64,000 bases of DNA from assembly GCA_028716965.1 (NCBI GenBank), contig JAQUOV010000001.1, positions 70,448 to 134,447 on the forward strand, given 5' to 3'. The position numbers and the translations under genes were made by a program. The notes below the pieces were generated by a model that saw only the letters and a program-made list of their open reading frames with translations, ran no database searches and was not told the origin of the DNA. Positions 55,681-64,000 of this stretch are shown here, in pieces; positions within the stretch are counted from its first letter, which is position 1; the number at the start of each line of letters is the position of its first letter. The stretch is from Candidatus Omnitrophota bacterium (GTDB lineage Bacteria > Omnitrophota > Gorgyraeia > Gygaellales > Profunditerraquicolaceae).

Positions 55681-56836
55681 TTTTATGACGATTGCATACC
55701 TCAAAAACAGTGTTAATGATATATTGAATTTCCCTGCTGGTCAACGCAGGATATATCGGAAGACTGATTTCTCTATGATAAAAATCTTCAGCTGCTGGAC
55801 AGATTCCTTTTTTAAAGCCGAGTTTTTTATAGTAAGGGTGCAAATAAACAGGAATATAATGTACCTGAACCCCTATTTTTTTATCCCTAAGGAGCTTAAA
55901 TATACCGTCTCTTTTTAATTCTAAATCTTTTTTCAGCCTGATGGGATAAAGATGGTAGGCGCAAAACACATCTTTATTTTCTTTAGGAACATCGAAGAAA
56001 TGATTGCCATTAAAAGCTTTATTATATGTAACGGCAATTTTACGCCTTTTTTCTATAAAAAAATCCAGCTTCTTCAACTGAGATATTCCAAGCGCGGACT
56101 GGATATCAGTCAAACGATAATTAAATCCAAGCTCCTGCATCTCATAATACCAACCACAATATCTCATTTTTCTATCTAACGATTTAGAATCCTTGGTAAT
56201 CCCATGATTGCGCAGCATTAAAAGACGTTGATATAGTCTTTTATTGTTCGTCAATACCGCCCCGCCTTCCCCTGTAGTAATTGCTTTTACAGGATGAAAA
56301 CTAAGAATAGCCATATCTGAATATTTACAAGAGCCTATTTTTGAACCTTTATACCTAGCTCCCAAGGCATGCGCCGCATCTTCAATAATCAATAAATCAT
56401 TCTTTCTTGCAATAATAGCTATCTCCTGCATATCGCATGGATATCCGGCGAAGTGAACTGGTACTAAAACTTTTGATTTCCTGGTTATTTTTTTAACTAT
56501 ATCGATTGGGTCTATATTACCGGTTTCCGGTTGTATATCCGCAAAAATAGGCTTTGCTCCGCAATAAAGAATGCAATTCGCAGAAGCTGCGAACGTTATA
56601 GGTGAAGTTATGGCCTCATCCCCGCGCCTTAATCCGGCAGATAAAGCTGCAATATGTAACGCGGCCGTACCGCTTGATACAGCCACCGCAAATTTAACGC
56701 CTGCATAATCACAAAGAGCGCTTTCAAATTCCGCGATCTTTGGCCCCTGCGTAATCCATTCAGAATTAAGGGCTCCTACTACTTCCCTAACATCATCCTG
56801 GTTAATACATTGATGTCCGTAAGGAATAGTTTTCAT
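55673..56836 (-). CDS. pseC: UDP-4-amino-4,6-dideoxy-N-acetyl-beta-L-altrosamine transaminase-like (PseC; DegT family)
   Basis: IPYGHQCINQDDVREVVGALNSEWITQGPKIAEFESALCDYAGVKFAVAVSSGTAALHIA is the typical PseC N-terminus. Start trimmed to the ATG at 56836 (MKTIPYG), immediately after the pseB stop. Confidence 0.85.
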   Translation of the reverse strand: MKTIPYGHQCINQDDVREVVGALNSEWITQGPKIAEFESALCDYAGVKFAVAVSSGTAALHIAALSAGLRRGDEAITSPITFAASANCILYCGAKPIFADIQPETGNIDPIDIVKKITRKSKVLVPVHFAGYPCDMQEIAIIARKNDLLIIEDAAHALGARYKGSKIGSCKYSDMAILSFHPVKAITTGEGGAVLTNNKRLYQRLLMLRNHGITKDSKSLDRKMRYCGWYYEMQELGFNYRLTDIQSALGISQLKKLDFFIEKRRKIAVTYNKAFNGNHFFDVPKENKDVFCAYHLYPIRLKKDLELKRDGIFKLLRDKKIGVQVHYIPVYLHPYYKKLGFKKGICPAAEDFYHREISLPIYPALTSREIQYIINTVFEVCNRHKNG

Positions 56837-57855
56837 ATTGATTTTAACGCCTTTCGTAGCTCTGTTTGCGTCAACCATTTTTTATTAGTATCACTAGCAT
56901 AGCTGAATCCTACAGGCACTTTTGTATATTTTTCATATTTTTCGTTAATTGCCCTTCCCCCTGAGAATTGCGGCATAATAACATAGAGACCATTAAATAT
57001 CTTTGCATTCCGCGCCTCATCACATGAAATTAGAAGCTCATGCAGCTTTTCTCCCGGTCGAATACCTATTTTCTTAAATTTGCATTCAGGCAGGATCGCT
57101 CGGGCAAGATCTACTATCTTCATAGACGGTATTTTTGGAACAAATATTTCGCCGCCTTCGGCCTCTTTAAGAGCCGTAATCACAAAATTAACACTCTGTT
57201 CCAAAGTCATCCAAAAACGCGTCATTGCATCATCGGTAATGGGAAACTCGGTTATACCGCGCCGTTTAAGATCAAGAAAAAGCTCAATAACGCTTCCTCT
57301 TGAAGCCATAACATTACCATAACGAACGACGGAGAACTTAACACGATTTCCGCCATAAGCGTTCGCGTTGATAAATATCTTTTCAGCTACCAGCTTAGTG
57401 GCACCATAAAGATTAATAGGATTTACCGCTTTATCCGTCGACAGTACTATAACTTTTTTTACGCCTCGGTCAAGAGCCGCATCAACAATATTATCGGCCC
57501 CTTGTATATTAGTCTTTACCGCTTCAAGAGGGTTATATTCAAGCGCTGGCACCTGTTTTAAGGCAGCGGCATGAATAACATAATCTACCCCCTCAAAAGC
57601 CCTACAAAGACGCCCCTTATCCCTGACATCTCCTAAGAAAAAACGAATCGGGTACTTGTCATCCGGAAATACTTTTGCCATTTCGCTTTGCTTGAATTCG
57701 TCCCTGCTGAAAATTATAAGCTTCTTTAATTTGAATTTTTTAAATACCATTTCGGTAAACTTCTTACCGAAAGAACCTGTTCCACCGGTCACCAGAATTA
57801 CTTTATCTTTCAAGTTCACAATCCCCTCCTCGCTCATCTTCCCATAGGCCATCAT
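56833..57855 (-). CDS. pseB: UDP-N-acetylglucosamine 4,6-dehydratase (inverting) / 5-epimerase (PseB/FlaA1-like)
   Basis: KVILVTGGTGSFGKKF...IIFSRDEFKQSEM...STDKAVNPINLYGATK is the short CapD/PseB-type SDR. Confidence 0.85.
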   Translation of the reverse strand: MMAYGKMSEEGIVNLKDKVILVTGGTGSFGKKFTEMVFKKFKLKKLIIFSRDEFKQSEMAKVFPDDKYPIRFFLGDVRDKGRLCRAFEGVDYVIHAAALKQVPALEYNPLEAVKTNIQGADNIVDAALDRGVKKVIVLSTDKAVNPINLYGATKLVAEKIFINANAYGGNRVKFSVVRYGNVMASRGSVIELFLDLKRRGITEFPITDDAMTRFWMTLEQSVNFVITALKEAEGGEIFVPKIPSMKIVDLARAILPECKFKKIGIRPGEKLHELLISCDEARNAKIFNGLYVIMPQFSGGRAINEKYEKYTKVPVGFSYASDTNKKWLTQTELRKALKSI

Positions 57856-59752
57856 TTATAAAGAAAGCACTCTCTATGTTATTTACTTTCTTATACCGCT
57901 CCGCTGCTAAATCCAGCGATTTAATAGGATCCCTGCTTACGACCACATCTTCCATAAAAATTCGGATAAATTCGCTTATTCTACTCTGACCTTTAAAATC
58001 ACCGAAATAGTTAAAAACATCTTTCCATTTAGAAAAATCTCCTATCCTGGTATCTCCTGTGCTCACTCGATTAAGAGCTGATACTATTTCCTCGAGATTC
58101 TTAAAAAATATCTTTTGCTCCGGATCTCTGTATATCGGATAATGTAGAAATCCGGATAAGTCCCAATGTATAGCCCTATGACCATAAATACCACTTATTA
58201 TTCCCGCCGAGTTCAAACCATAACAAACTGATATATTTGCATACGCCGCAGCTGTAATAGGCGAAACTTTGTTATTAAGAAAAACAAGTCTTCTCTGATT
58301 GATAAGCAACATTGCTTTTGAAACGATATCTTTACCGAAAGGCAAAGATTCAAGGTCATTTATTCTACCCCAGATTTTACTCTTTATTATCCCACCCCAT
58401 TCTGAGTTTTCCTCAAGCATCTCCAATACCTTAAGGTAGAATCTGGCCAAAGTCTCCTCTGATTGATGTATATTATACGCCACAGTAGAATCAAAAATTG
58501 CCATGATAAATCTTAGATCATCTTTCATACAGATCGCGCTGACATCTTCAACCGAGGGTCCCAACCATATACCCACCGGCAAAACATGACGGGCAATATT
58601 GCCCCTCTTTTGCATCCGTTCATACATCACTTTACCCCAAACAAAATATACATGCTGAGGATGGGACATCAAAGCTTCCTTGTAAAATGGAAAATTGGAC
58701 CAATGATACCCCAGCATAATCCCACCTACTTCTTCAAGTGCTATCATCTGTGGCTCTTTCACCCAAGACCCTTCCTGATGTTCAATCAGCACTTTCACCT
58801 TAAAGCGGCTGAAGACCGCTTTGTAGAGAAGATAAAACATTCTGAATTCGAACCGGAAAACTCTAAACCAAAACGGAGAACTCGAATAAGCGGAAAGAAA
58901 AGTACAAAACATATCCCAAAGTTGCCAAACACCTATATTGGCAAGCCGCACAAGAGAACCTGAACGCAAATCTACCCATTTTAAGCCCATATCCTCTATA
59001 GCCCTGATCTCATCCTCTAAAGAAACACCATCATTCCGATCAAGATAACAAACGATATCAAATTTCTTTCTATCTATGACATCGTGATTAAATGGAAAAC
59101 TACACCTACCATAATGAAGATACTCTAACCAGACGGATGGCTTGGGCTCATGAATATTAGTTCTTCCTCTTTTCTGAAATAACCTTTTCACCACAATTGA
59201 AAAAAGCCTGCAACACGGTATTAAAAAATAATTAACATACCCAAAAGATAACCCAGATTCCCTTATGCTATAACCTTTATCTCTATAATACTTCTTAATC
59301 ACTGAAGTTAAAGGATGCTTAGCCAGATAAATCACATTTATTCCACCATCTTGCTTAAACTTATCGCTACCCTCAACCATAGTTATAAATGTAACATAAG
59401 GCGCTAAATAAAAACTTATATATACTTTTACCGCGCTTTTAAAGCGCTCTGGTTCTTTCGGAATATACCTCTGGCAAAATTTACTCAGACAGATATCAAG
59501 ATCATTCTCCTTCCTATAGTTAAGGGCATAGCCTATCACATCTTTTTTATCCAAAGTCAATTTTGCCATATAAAAATTTTTGCAACAACCATAACTTTGC
59601 AATTTGCCAATTAAGAATGCTGCAATACCAGAAATCTTTTTTTCATCATACCTAACAGGAATTCGAGAAAAAAAAGTTTCGATAAATAGCCATATAAAAT
59701 CAAACATACCAAGCTTTTCAACCCAAATTGACAGTATCCTTTTATATCGCAT
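57803..59752 (-). CDS. Large (649 aa) uncharacterized protein, candidate novel transferase
   Basis: No recognised motif and mostly soluble. It sits between a B12 radical SAM gene and pseB, and its 3' end overlaps the pseB start by about 50 nt. Confidence 0.3.
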   Translation of the reverse strand: MRYKRILSIWVEKLGMFDFIWLFIETFFSRIPVRYDEKKISGIAAFLIGKLQSYGCCKNFYMAKLTLDKKDVIGYALNYRKENDLDICLSKFCQRYIPKEPERFKSAVKVYISFYLAPYVTFITMVEGSDKFKQDGGINVIYLAKHPLTSVIKKYYRDKGYSIRESGLSFGYVNYFLIPCCRLFSIVVKRLFQKRGRTNIHEPKPSVWLEYLHYGRCSFPFNHDVIDRKKFDIVCYLDRNDGVSLEDEIRAIEDMGLKWVDLRSGSLVRLANIGVWQLWDMFCTFLSAYSSSPFWFRVFRFEFRMFYLLYKAVFSRFKVKVLIEHQEGSWVKEPQMIALEEVGGIMLGYHWSNFPFYKEALMSHPQHVYFVWGKVMYERMQKRGNIARHVLPVGIWLGPSVEDVSAICMKDDLRFIMAIFDSTVAYNIHQSEETLARFYLKVLEMLEENSEWGGIIKSKIWGRINDLESLPFGKDIVSKAMLLINQRRLVFLNNKVSPITAAAYANISVCYGLNSAGIISGIYGHRAIHWDLSGFLHYPIYRDPEQKIFFKNLEEIVSALNRVSTGDTRIGDFSKWKDVFNYFGDFKGQSRISEFIRIFMEDVVVSRDPIKSLDLAAERYKKVNNIESAFFINDGLWEDERGGDCELER

Positions 59753-59764
59753 CCTTTATACCTC

Positions 59765-61177
59765 TCAGGTTTGCCTAAAACCTCTAAAATCTTTGTTTTT
59801 ACTTAAGTAGAGCTTCTCTGCCTCACTGATCATAGTATCTGCCTTTTTACTAAAATAATTACTTATAAGCTTTGTGTTAGCCGATAATAAAGCCTTGTGA
59901 ATTTCTTTATCGCTCATTTCGGTAAAATTAACCGCTAAAAGATCGGAATTTATATGCTTATTTTCATAAAAATCTTCGCAATCTTTTAATAGACCCTTCT
60001 CTATAGCATGATAGTAAAGTGGCGAACCAGGATATGGAGTAACCGGGCGTATCGTGCGCATTTGCGCACCATCATCGTATTTTAATAAAAATTCTACACC
60101 CTTTTGTAGAGTTTCATCACTATCACCAATATTGCCAAAAATAATATTGAATCCAGGACTAATCCCACTAGCTAGCGTTGCATTAATACCTTCGATAATT
60201 TGTTTTACTGTTAGAATCTTTTTCATGTTCTTCAATACTTGATCATCCATAGCCTCAATTCCATAATTTATAAAAACACAACCTGCCTGCTTCATTAATT
60301 TAAGGAGGTCAATTTTCGCATAATTAAGACGTCCGTTACAGTCCCATTTGATATTAAGTTTCGCTTTAATAAAATCCTTACAAAGCATTTCAGTTCTTTC
60401 CATTGAAGACATCAATAATTCATCGGAAAAAGCGATATACGTTATCCCATATTTCTCCTTCAATAACCGGACCTCATCAATTATGCTCTCATTTGAACGT
60501 GGCCTAAACCCTTCATCAAGACGATAACAAAAACTACAGGTAAAGTTACATCCCCTACCAGAAAGCACAGGCATTACAAAATCAGTATTGGTCACATGAG
60601 GCATCCGTAAAAGTCTATAATACTCTACCGGAAAAAGATGGAAAGCTGGAAAAGGTATTTGATCAATATCTTTGATCAGCTCACGTTTTTTATTTATGAC
60701 AACATCATCTCCTTCACGAAAAGCGATTCCATTAATATTTGAAAGAGATTTTTTATTGATAATTGCATCCAACAATTCCACAATCGTTACTTCCCCTTCA
60801 CCCATAACAACAGCATCTGCAGAGGTACGTCTTAGAAAAAACTCTGGTTCTGGAGACGGGCCATGCCCTCCAATAATGTAAAATGGCCGACGGCGCGAGT
60901 TGTTTATTGCTCGGGAAATACGTAAAAGTTTATTATATTGGTAATAACCAGCAATCACGCTAACACCGATAATATCAAATACATTCTTATTTAGGTATTG
61001 AGTAAGATGGTTATCGTGATAATGTTCTTTATCTTGATTGTATATTTCAACATAATATCCCGCCTTTTCCATTACCGATGCTATATACGCCAAACCTTGC
61101 GGAAACCAATGAATATATGAATCGTTATCGTAAGCTACCAGTAAAATTTTGGCATTCTTATTTTTTCTAGTATGCAT
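59765..61177 (-). CDS. B12-binding radical SAM enzyme (class B)
   Basis: KILLVAYDNDSYIHWFPQGLAYIASVM (B12-like domain) and LSGRGCNFTCSFCYR (CxxxCxxC). Confidence 0.8.
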   Translation of the reverse strand: MHTRKNKNAKILLVAYDNDSYIHWFPQGLAYIASVMEKAGYYVEIYNQDKEHYHDNHLTQYLNKNVFDIIGVSVIAGYYQYNKLLRISRAINNSRRRPFYIIGGHGPSPEPEFFLRRTSADAVVMGEGEVTIVELLDAIINKKSLSNINGIAFREGDDVVINKKRELIKDIDQIPFPAFHLFPVEYYRLLRMPHVTNTDFVMPVLSGRGCNFTCSFCYRLDEGFRPRSNESIIDEVRLLKEKYGITYIAFSDELLMSSMERTEMLCKDFIKAKLNIKWDCNGRLNYAKIDLLKLMKQAGCVFINYGIEAMDDQVLKNMKKILTVKQIIEGINATLASGISPGFNIIFGNIGDSDETLQKGVEFLLKYDDGAQMRTIRPVTPYPGSPLYYHAIEKGLLKDCEDFYENKHINSDLLAVNFTEMSDKEIHKALLSANTKLISNYFSKKADTMISEAEKLYLSKNKDFRGFRQT

Positions 61178-62412
61178 TAATCATCTACTCCGTCATTATT
61201 CACTGTATGCCGCAATCTCCACTTACCATTCACTTTAGTCCATAAATGAGGAGACCGAAACTTATCACATAATTCCATGAAATGCTCAGGCGTAATCCCA
61301 ATATAATCTAAAACTTCCTTGGAATACCTACTTGGAACTTCCCCATCGAATCGCTTAACCAAAGACTTTCCCTCTTCTCTGTTCAGATGTTTATTTCTGA
61401 TTTCTTGAGAAGCATCATATGAAGCTCGGCCGATACCAAATTTAATAAAAGTGGTATAATAATGGAAGTCATCACATTTATCATCGATACTATTGTATTT
61501 ACTATAGGTTCCTTCGGTTCGAAACGGCCTAGCCTGAAAATTAGTATGTTCAACGGCGTAATAATACGCTTCTTGGGGCGTCCATTTAACATAATACCCC
61601 ATATAATGCACTTCAATATTACCTTGTTCTAATTCTGTATAATTAGGAGGTAAATATACCATCAAGTCATTTAGACACAAACCATATTTCTCAATCAATT
61701 CTTTTATCGAAACACCACTCAGTAAGATACCCGACATATTTTGCATGGCATAATAAGATTTATCTCTTAGTGACGTCTTGGTTTCCGCGATAGGATTCCC
61801 ATACTCAGCTTCAGATTCACCGTAAAAAACAAGCGGCACTTTATATTTTAATGCTATTTTTGGTGGGAGATTTTTTTGCCCCAGAGCAAACGTATGAAAA
61901 GGATGTAGAAGATTCTCAAAAGACAACTTAGTGAGCAGTTTATGAATTTTGGCATTTGGTTTAAAAGTTATATTGTCAAAACCACCTACATCAATCCAGT
62001 TGCAGAAATTCTTATATCCGTATTCAGTATACAAAAGCGGCGACCAGGTAACGGTTAACGGGTGCATACCATATTTATATTTCAATAAATGAGAGGCGTA
62101 AACGCTATCCTTTCCGCCGCTACCTGGAACAATACAGTCATATCGACCGTCATTTTTTCTGTGCCTATCCAAAAGTCTTAACAACTCTTTTTCTCTTTTT
62201 CCCCAATCAATCTGTTCCTTCTGTTCTGCGAATCTACAGGCATCACAAATTCCTTCTTTATCGATTTGCAGACCTGTATGTTTATGTCTCACAGAATGCT
62301 TAAATTCCACGTTAGATTTTGGTCTTTGATTAGACATTACACACCGCTTGCAAAAAATAATATTTTCAGGCAAACCGGTTATGGAAACTAACCTTTCTTT
62401 TTTCTCCACCAC
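61177..62412 (-). CDS. N-acetyl-sugar amidotransferase, PP-loop ATPase (PseA/WbuX/LfnA-like; makes acetamidino sugars)
   Basis: CIVPGSGGKDSVYASHLL (SGGxDS PP-loop) and N-terminal Cys motifs (FCKRCVMSN...CDACR). Confidence 0.8.
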   Translation of the reverse strand: MVEKKERLVSITGLPENIIFCKRCVMSNQRPKSNVEFKHSVRHKHTGLQIDKEGICDACRFAEQKEQIDWGKREKELLRLLDRHRKNDGRYDCIVPGSGGKDSVYASHLLKYKYGMHPLTVTWSPLLYTEYGYKNFCNWIDVGGFDNITFKPNAKIHKLLTKLSFENLLHPFHTFALGQKNLPPKIALKYKVPLVFYGESEAEYGNPIAETKTSLRDKSYYAMQNMSGILLSGVSIKELIEKYGLCLNDLMVYLPPNYTELEQGNIEVHYMGYYVKWTPQEAYYYAVEHTNFQARPFRTEGTYSKYNSIDDKCDDFHYYTTFIKFGIGRASYDASQEIRNKHLNREEGKSLVKRFDGEVPSRYSKEVLDYIGITPEHFMELCDKFRSPHLWTKVNGKWRLRHTVNNDGVDD

Positions 62413-62421
62413 TTTACCTCC

Positions 62422-63084
62422 TTAATAACTCTTAACGATTTGTGCCCACTTACCATAAATCTCTAAACCCATCTTCGCACTCTTTTCCGGATGAAATTGA
62501 CAAGCAAATACATTTCTCCAAGAAAGACTAGAACAATATTTTATACCAGCATAATTCGATACAGATAATATTACCTTTTCATCCACAGGCTTACAATAAT
62601 AGGAATGCACAAAATACATAAATTCCCCGTTCTTCTGTCCTTCTAATGGCGTTCTATCCCAGGAAATTTCGTTACCACCATACCTACTCCTTTTAATCAT
62701 ATTCCAGCCAACTTGAGGTATTTTATATGAGTTACCCTTATTGTTAACCGTAGGGAATTTTGTAACGATCCCCGAAAAAATGCTGAGTCCTTTTGACTTA
62801 CTGAATTCTTCGCTTTCGCTAAACAAAAGTTGCATACCCAAACAAATCCCCATAAAAGGCTTACCTAATTTTATATAATCTACAATTAAATCAACTAAGC
62901 CTCTCTCTTGTAAAGTTTTCATCGCTTCGGCAAATGCCCCAACACCAGGCAATATTACTCCGGAGGATCTAAAGATATCACTCTTTAAACAAGTAATTTT
63001 AGCTGGCAAACCTACATTCTCACACGCCTGTTGTATACTAAATAAATTTCCCATATCATAATCAATGATTGCCACCTTATGCAT
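62422..63084 (-). CDS. hisH: Glutamine amidotransferase subunit, HisH paralog (WbuY-like ammonia donor for amidotransferase)
   Basis: MHKVAIIDYDMGNLFSIQQACENVG, then a GICLGMQLL catalytic Cys region and H/E near the C-terminus. Start trimmed to the ATG at 63084. Confidence 0.85.
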   Translation of the reverse strand: MHKVAIIDYDMGNLFSIQQACENVGLPAKITCLKSDIFRSSGVILPGVGAFAEAMKTLQERGLVDLIVDYIKLGKPFMGICLGMQLLFSESEEFSKSKGLSIFSGIVTKFPTVNNKGNSYKIPQVGWNMIKRSRYGGNEISWDRTPLEGQKNGEFMYFVHSYYCKPVDEKVILSVSNYAGIKYCSSLSWRNVFACQFHPEKSAKMGLEIYGKWAQIVKSY

Positions 63085-63958
63085 GAACTGCCTCCGCATT
63101 CACACGATGCCGACAGTCAACCTGGAAGCGATGTAGATATTCTTTGATCTCCGGAAGATTCGCCGTTTGTATTTTTGAGAAACTTTTACCGCTTTTTAAG
63201 TATTCAATATTACCTTCAATCTTAAATAGTTCCTTATCCACAATTTGCTTTTTTATAAAGTCATAGTGCAGAACTGAAGCCAAACAAACTGCGTCTGCAC
63301 ATCCCTCTAAAATAACATTTGTTATATCGGATAAATTTCCTGCACCACCGCTTGCGATAACGGGTATAGAGACTGCGCATGAGACCATCTTTGTCAAAGT
63401 AAGATCATATCCTGAACCCGTGCCTTCCCGATCAATTGAAACTAATAAGATTTCACCGGCACCAAGTGCTTCAACCCGCTGAGCCCATTCTAACACTTCT
63501 ACCCCCGAATATTCCCTGCCATTATCAGTATATGCTAAATAACGTCCATCCGATTGTTTTATCGCCTCAATGGCAACCACAATTGTTGATGAACCAAATC
63601 TTCGCGCCGCTTCGCTAATAATCTTCGGATCTTTTAAAGCCGCAGTATTTAATGAAACCTTATCCGCTCCGGCACGCAAAACGTTTCTTATGTCATCGAT
63701 TGTACGCAAACCGCCACCTACTGTTAAAGGAATAAAAATTTCTTTAGCTGTTTTTGCAATTATATCATGAAGGCTATTTCTATTGTATAAGCTGGCAACT
63801 ACATCTATATATATAAGTTCATCAGCACCGTTTTCATAATAATATTTTGCGAAATTCTCGGGTTTACCTAAAACCCTCAGGCCTTCCAGATGAATGCCTT
63901 TTACTAAATTCGGCCCTTTTATATCTAAACGGGGAATAATTCTAATGTTTTTTGACAT
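63077..63958 (-). CDS. hisF: Cyclase subunit, HisF paralog (WbuZ-like, ammonia channel partner)
   Basis: IRIIPRLDIKGPNLVKGIHLEGLRVLGKP and (beta/alpha)8 repeats with GADKVSLNTAA and GAGEILL. Confidence 0.85.
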   Translation of the reverse strand: MSKNIRIIPRLDIKGPNLVKGIHLEGLRVLGKPENFAKYYYENGADELIYIDVVASLYNRNSLHDIIAKTAKEIFIPLTVGGGLRTIDDIRNVLRAGADKVSLNTAALKDPKIISEAARRFGSSTIVVAIEAIKQSDGRYLAYTDNGREYSGVEVLEWAQRVEALGAGEILLVSIDREGTGSGYDLTLTKMVSCAVSIPVIASGGAGNLSDITNVILEGCADAVCLASVLHYDFIKKQIVDKELFKIEGNIEYLKSGKSFSKIQTANLPEIKEYLHRFQVDCRHRVNAEAVHA

Positions 63959-64000
63959 AGTCGCTTATTTCTTGCTTTGATTCGCTTTTATGAATGCGGC

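Noticed and set aside
736-63770. All plus-strand ORFs in the track, about 60-150 aa each (for example 2402-2854, 7444-7869, 9548-9982, 34787-35110, 58586-58963)
   Set aside because: Each one lies entirely antisense within a strongly supported minus-strand gene. They have no recognisable motifs and low-complexity or odd composition. They are consistent with chance ORFs in AT-rich antisense frames.
62422-63958. HisH/HisF read as histidine biosynthesis genes
   Set aside because: They are immediately coupled to a PP-loop N-acetyl-sugar amidotransferase, and no hisA/B/C/D/G/I genes are adjacent. This matches the known WbuY/WbuZ (PseA-partner) arrangement.
1-64000. CRISPR arrays, tandem repeats, tRNA/rRNA genes, transposases or integrases
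   Set aside because: No direct-repeat/spacer periodicity, no tRNA-like cloverleaf-sized gaps and no IS-like ORFs were seen. Coding occupies over 97% of the window.
63959-64000. The last 42 nt could be the 3' end of a further minus-strand gene (in-frame stop near 63965)
   Set aside because: It is far too short to characterise, so it is not reported as a feature.

Overview
The 64-kb window is one contiguous, almost gap-free glycan-biosynthesis super-locus of about 60 CDS, all on the minus strand. It most likely encodes O-antigen, capsule or glycoconjugate synthesis in a lower-GC bacterium. I found no rRNA, tRNA, CRISPR array, transposase or integrase signal. Every plus-strand ORF in the track lies antisense inside a minus-strand gene and looks spurious.

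Recognisable modules, in transcription order from high to low coordinates:
- A PseA-like PP-loop amidotransferase with HisH/HisF paralogs (amidino/acetamidino formation).
- A B12-binding radical SAM enzyme.
- A near-complete pseudaminic-acid-type nonulosonate pathway (PseB, PseC, class-III aminotransferase, PseG, PseH, WbqC-like, PseI), interrupted by a SPASM radical SAM enzyme plus a methyltransferase.
- An MsbA-like ABC exporter.
- A module built on an HpcH/HpaI class-II aldolase, a KdsB/NeuA-like cytidylyltransferase, a 2-hydroxyacid dehydrogenase, a HAD phosphatase, a cyclase-family protein, methyltransferases, and an adjacent SPASM plus B12 radical SAM pair.
- A second NeuB-family synthase with an SpsF-like cytidylyltransferase, a third B12 radical SAM enzyme, a nitroreductase and an aldo-keto reductase.
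- A GDP-sugar module (Gmd, Gmm Nudix hydrolase, Fcl) joined to a TylCIII-like C-methyltransferase, a DegT aminotransferase, FdtA/RmlC-like cupins and SDR epimerases.
- Many GT2/GT4 glycosyltransferases, a Wzx flippase, two Wzy/ligase-like polytopic proteins, SGNH/GDSL hydrolases, an FkbM methyltransferase, a fourth B12 radical SAM enzyme, a PglC-like initiating phosphoglycosyl transferase, a sulfatase-superfamily membrane enzyme, a PglF/CapD-like UDP-sugar 4,6-dehydratase and further methyltransferases.

The most unusual feature is six radical SAM enzymes (four B12-binding, two SPASM-type) plus at least eight SAM methyltransferases inside sugar-nucleotide pathways. That pattern suggests heavily C/O-methylated, amidinated and otherwise tailored nonulosonic/ulosonic acids and deoxyhexoses made by chemistry not yet described for glycan loci.

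All calls rest on motif-level reading of the translations; no searches were run. The track reports some non-ATG starts as M; where a nearby ATG that just follows or 4-nt-overlaps the upstream stop gives a better start, I trimmed the coordinates and say so in the evidence.
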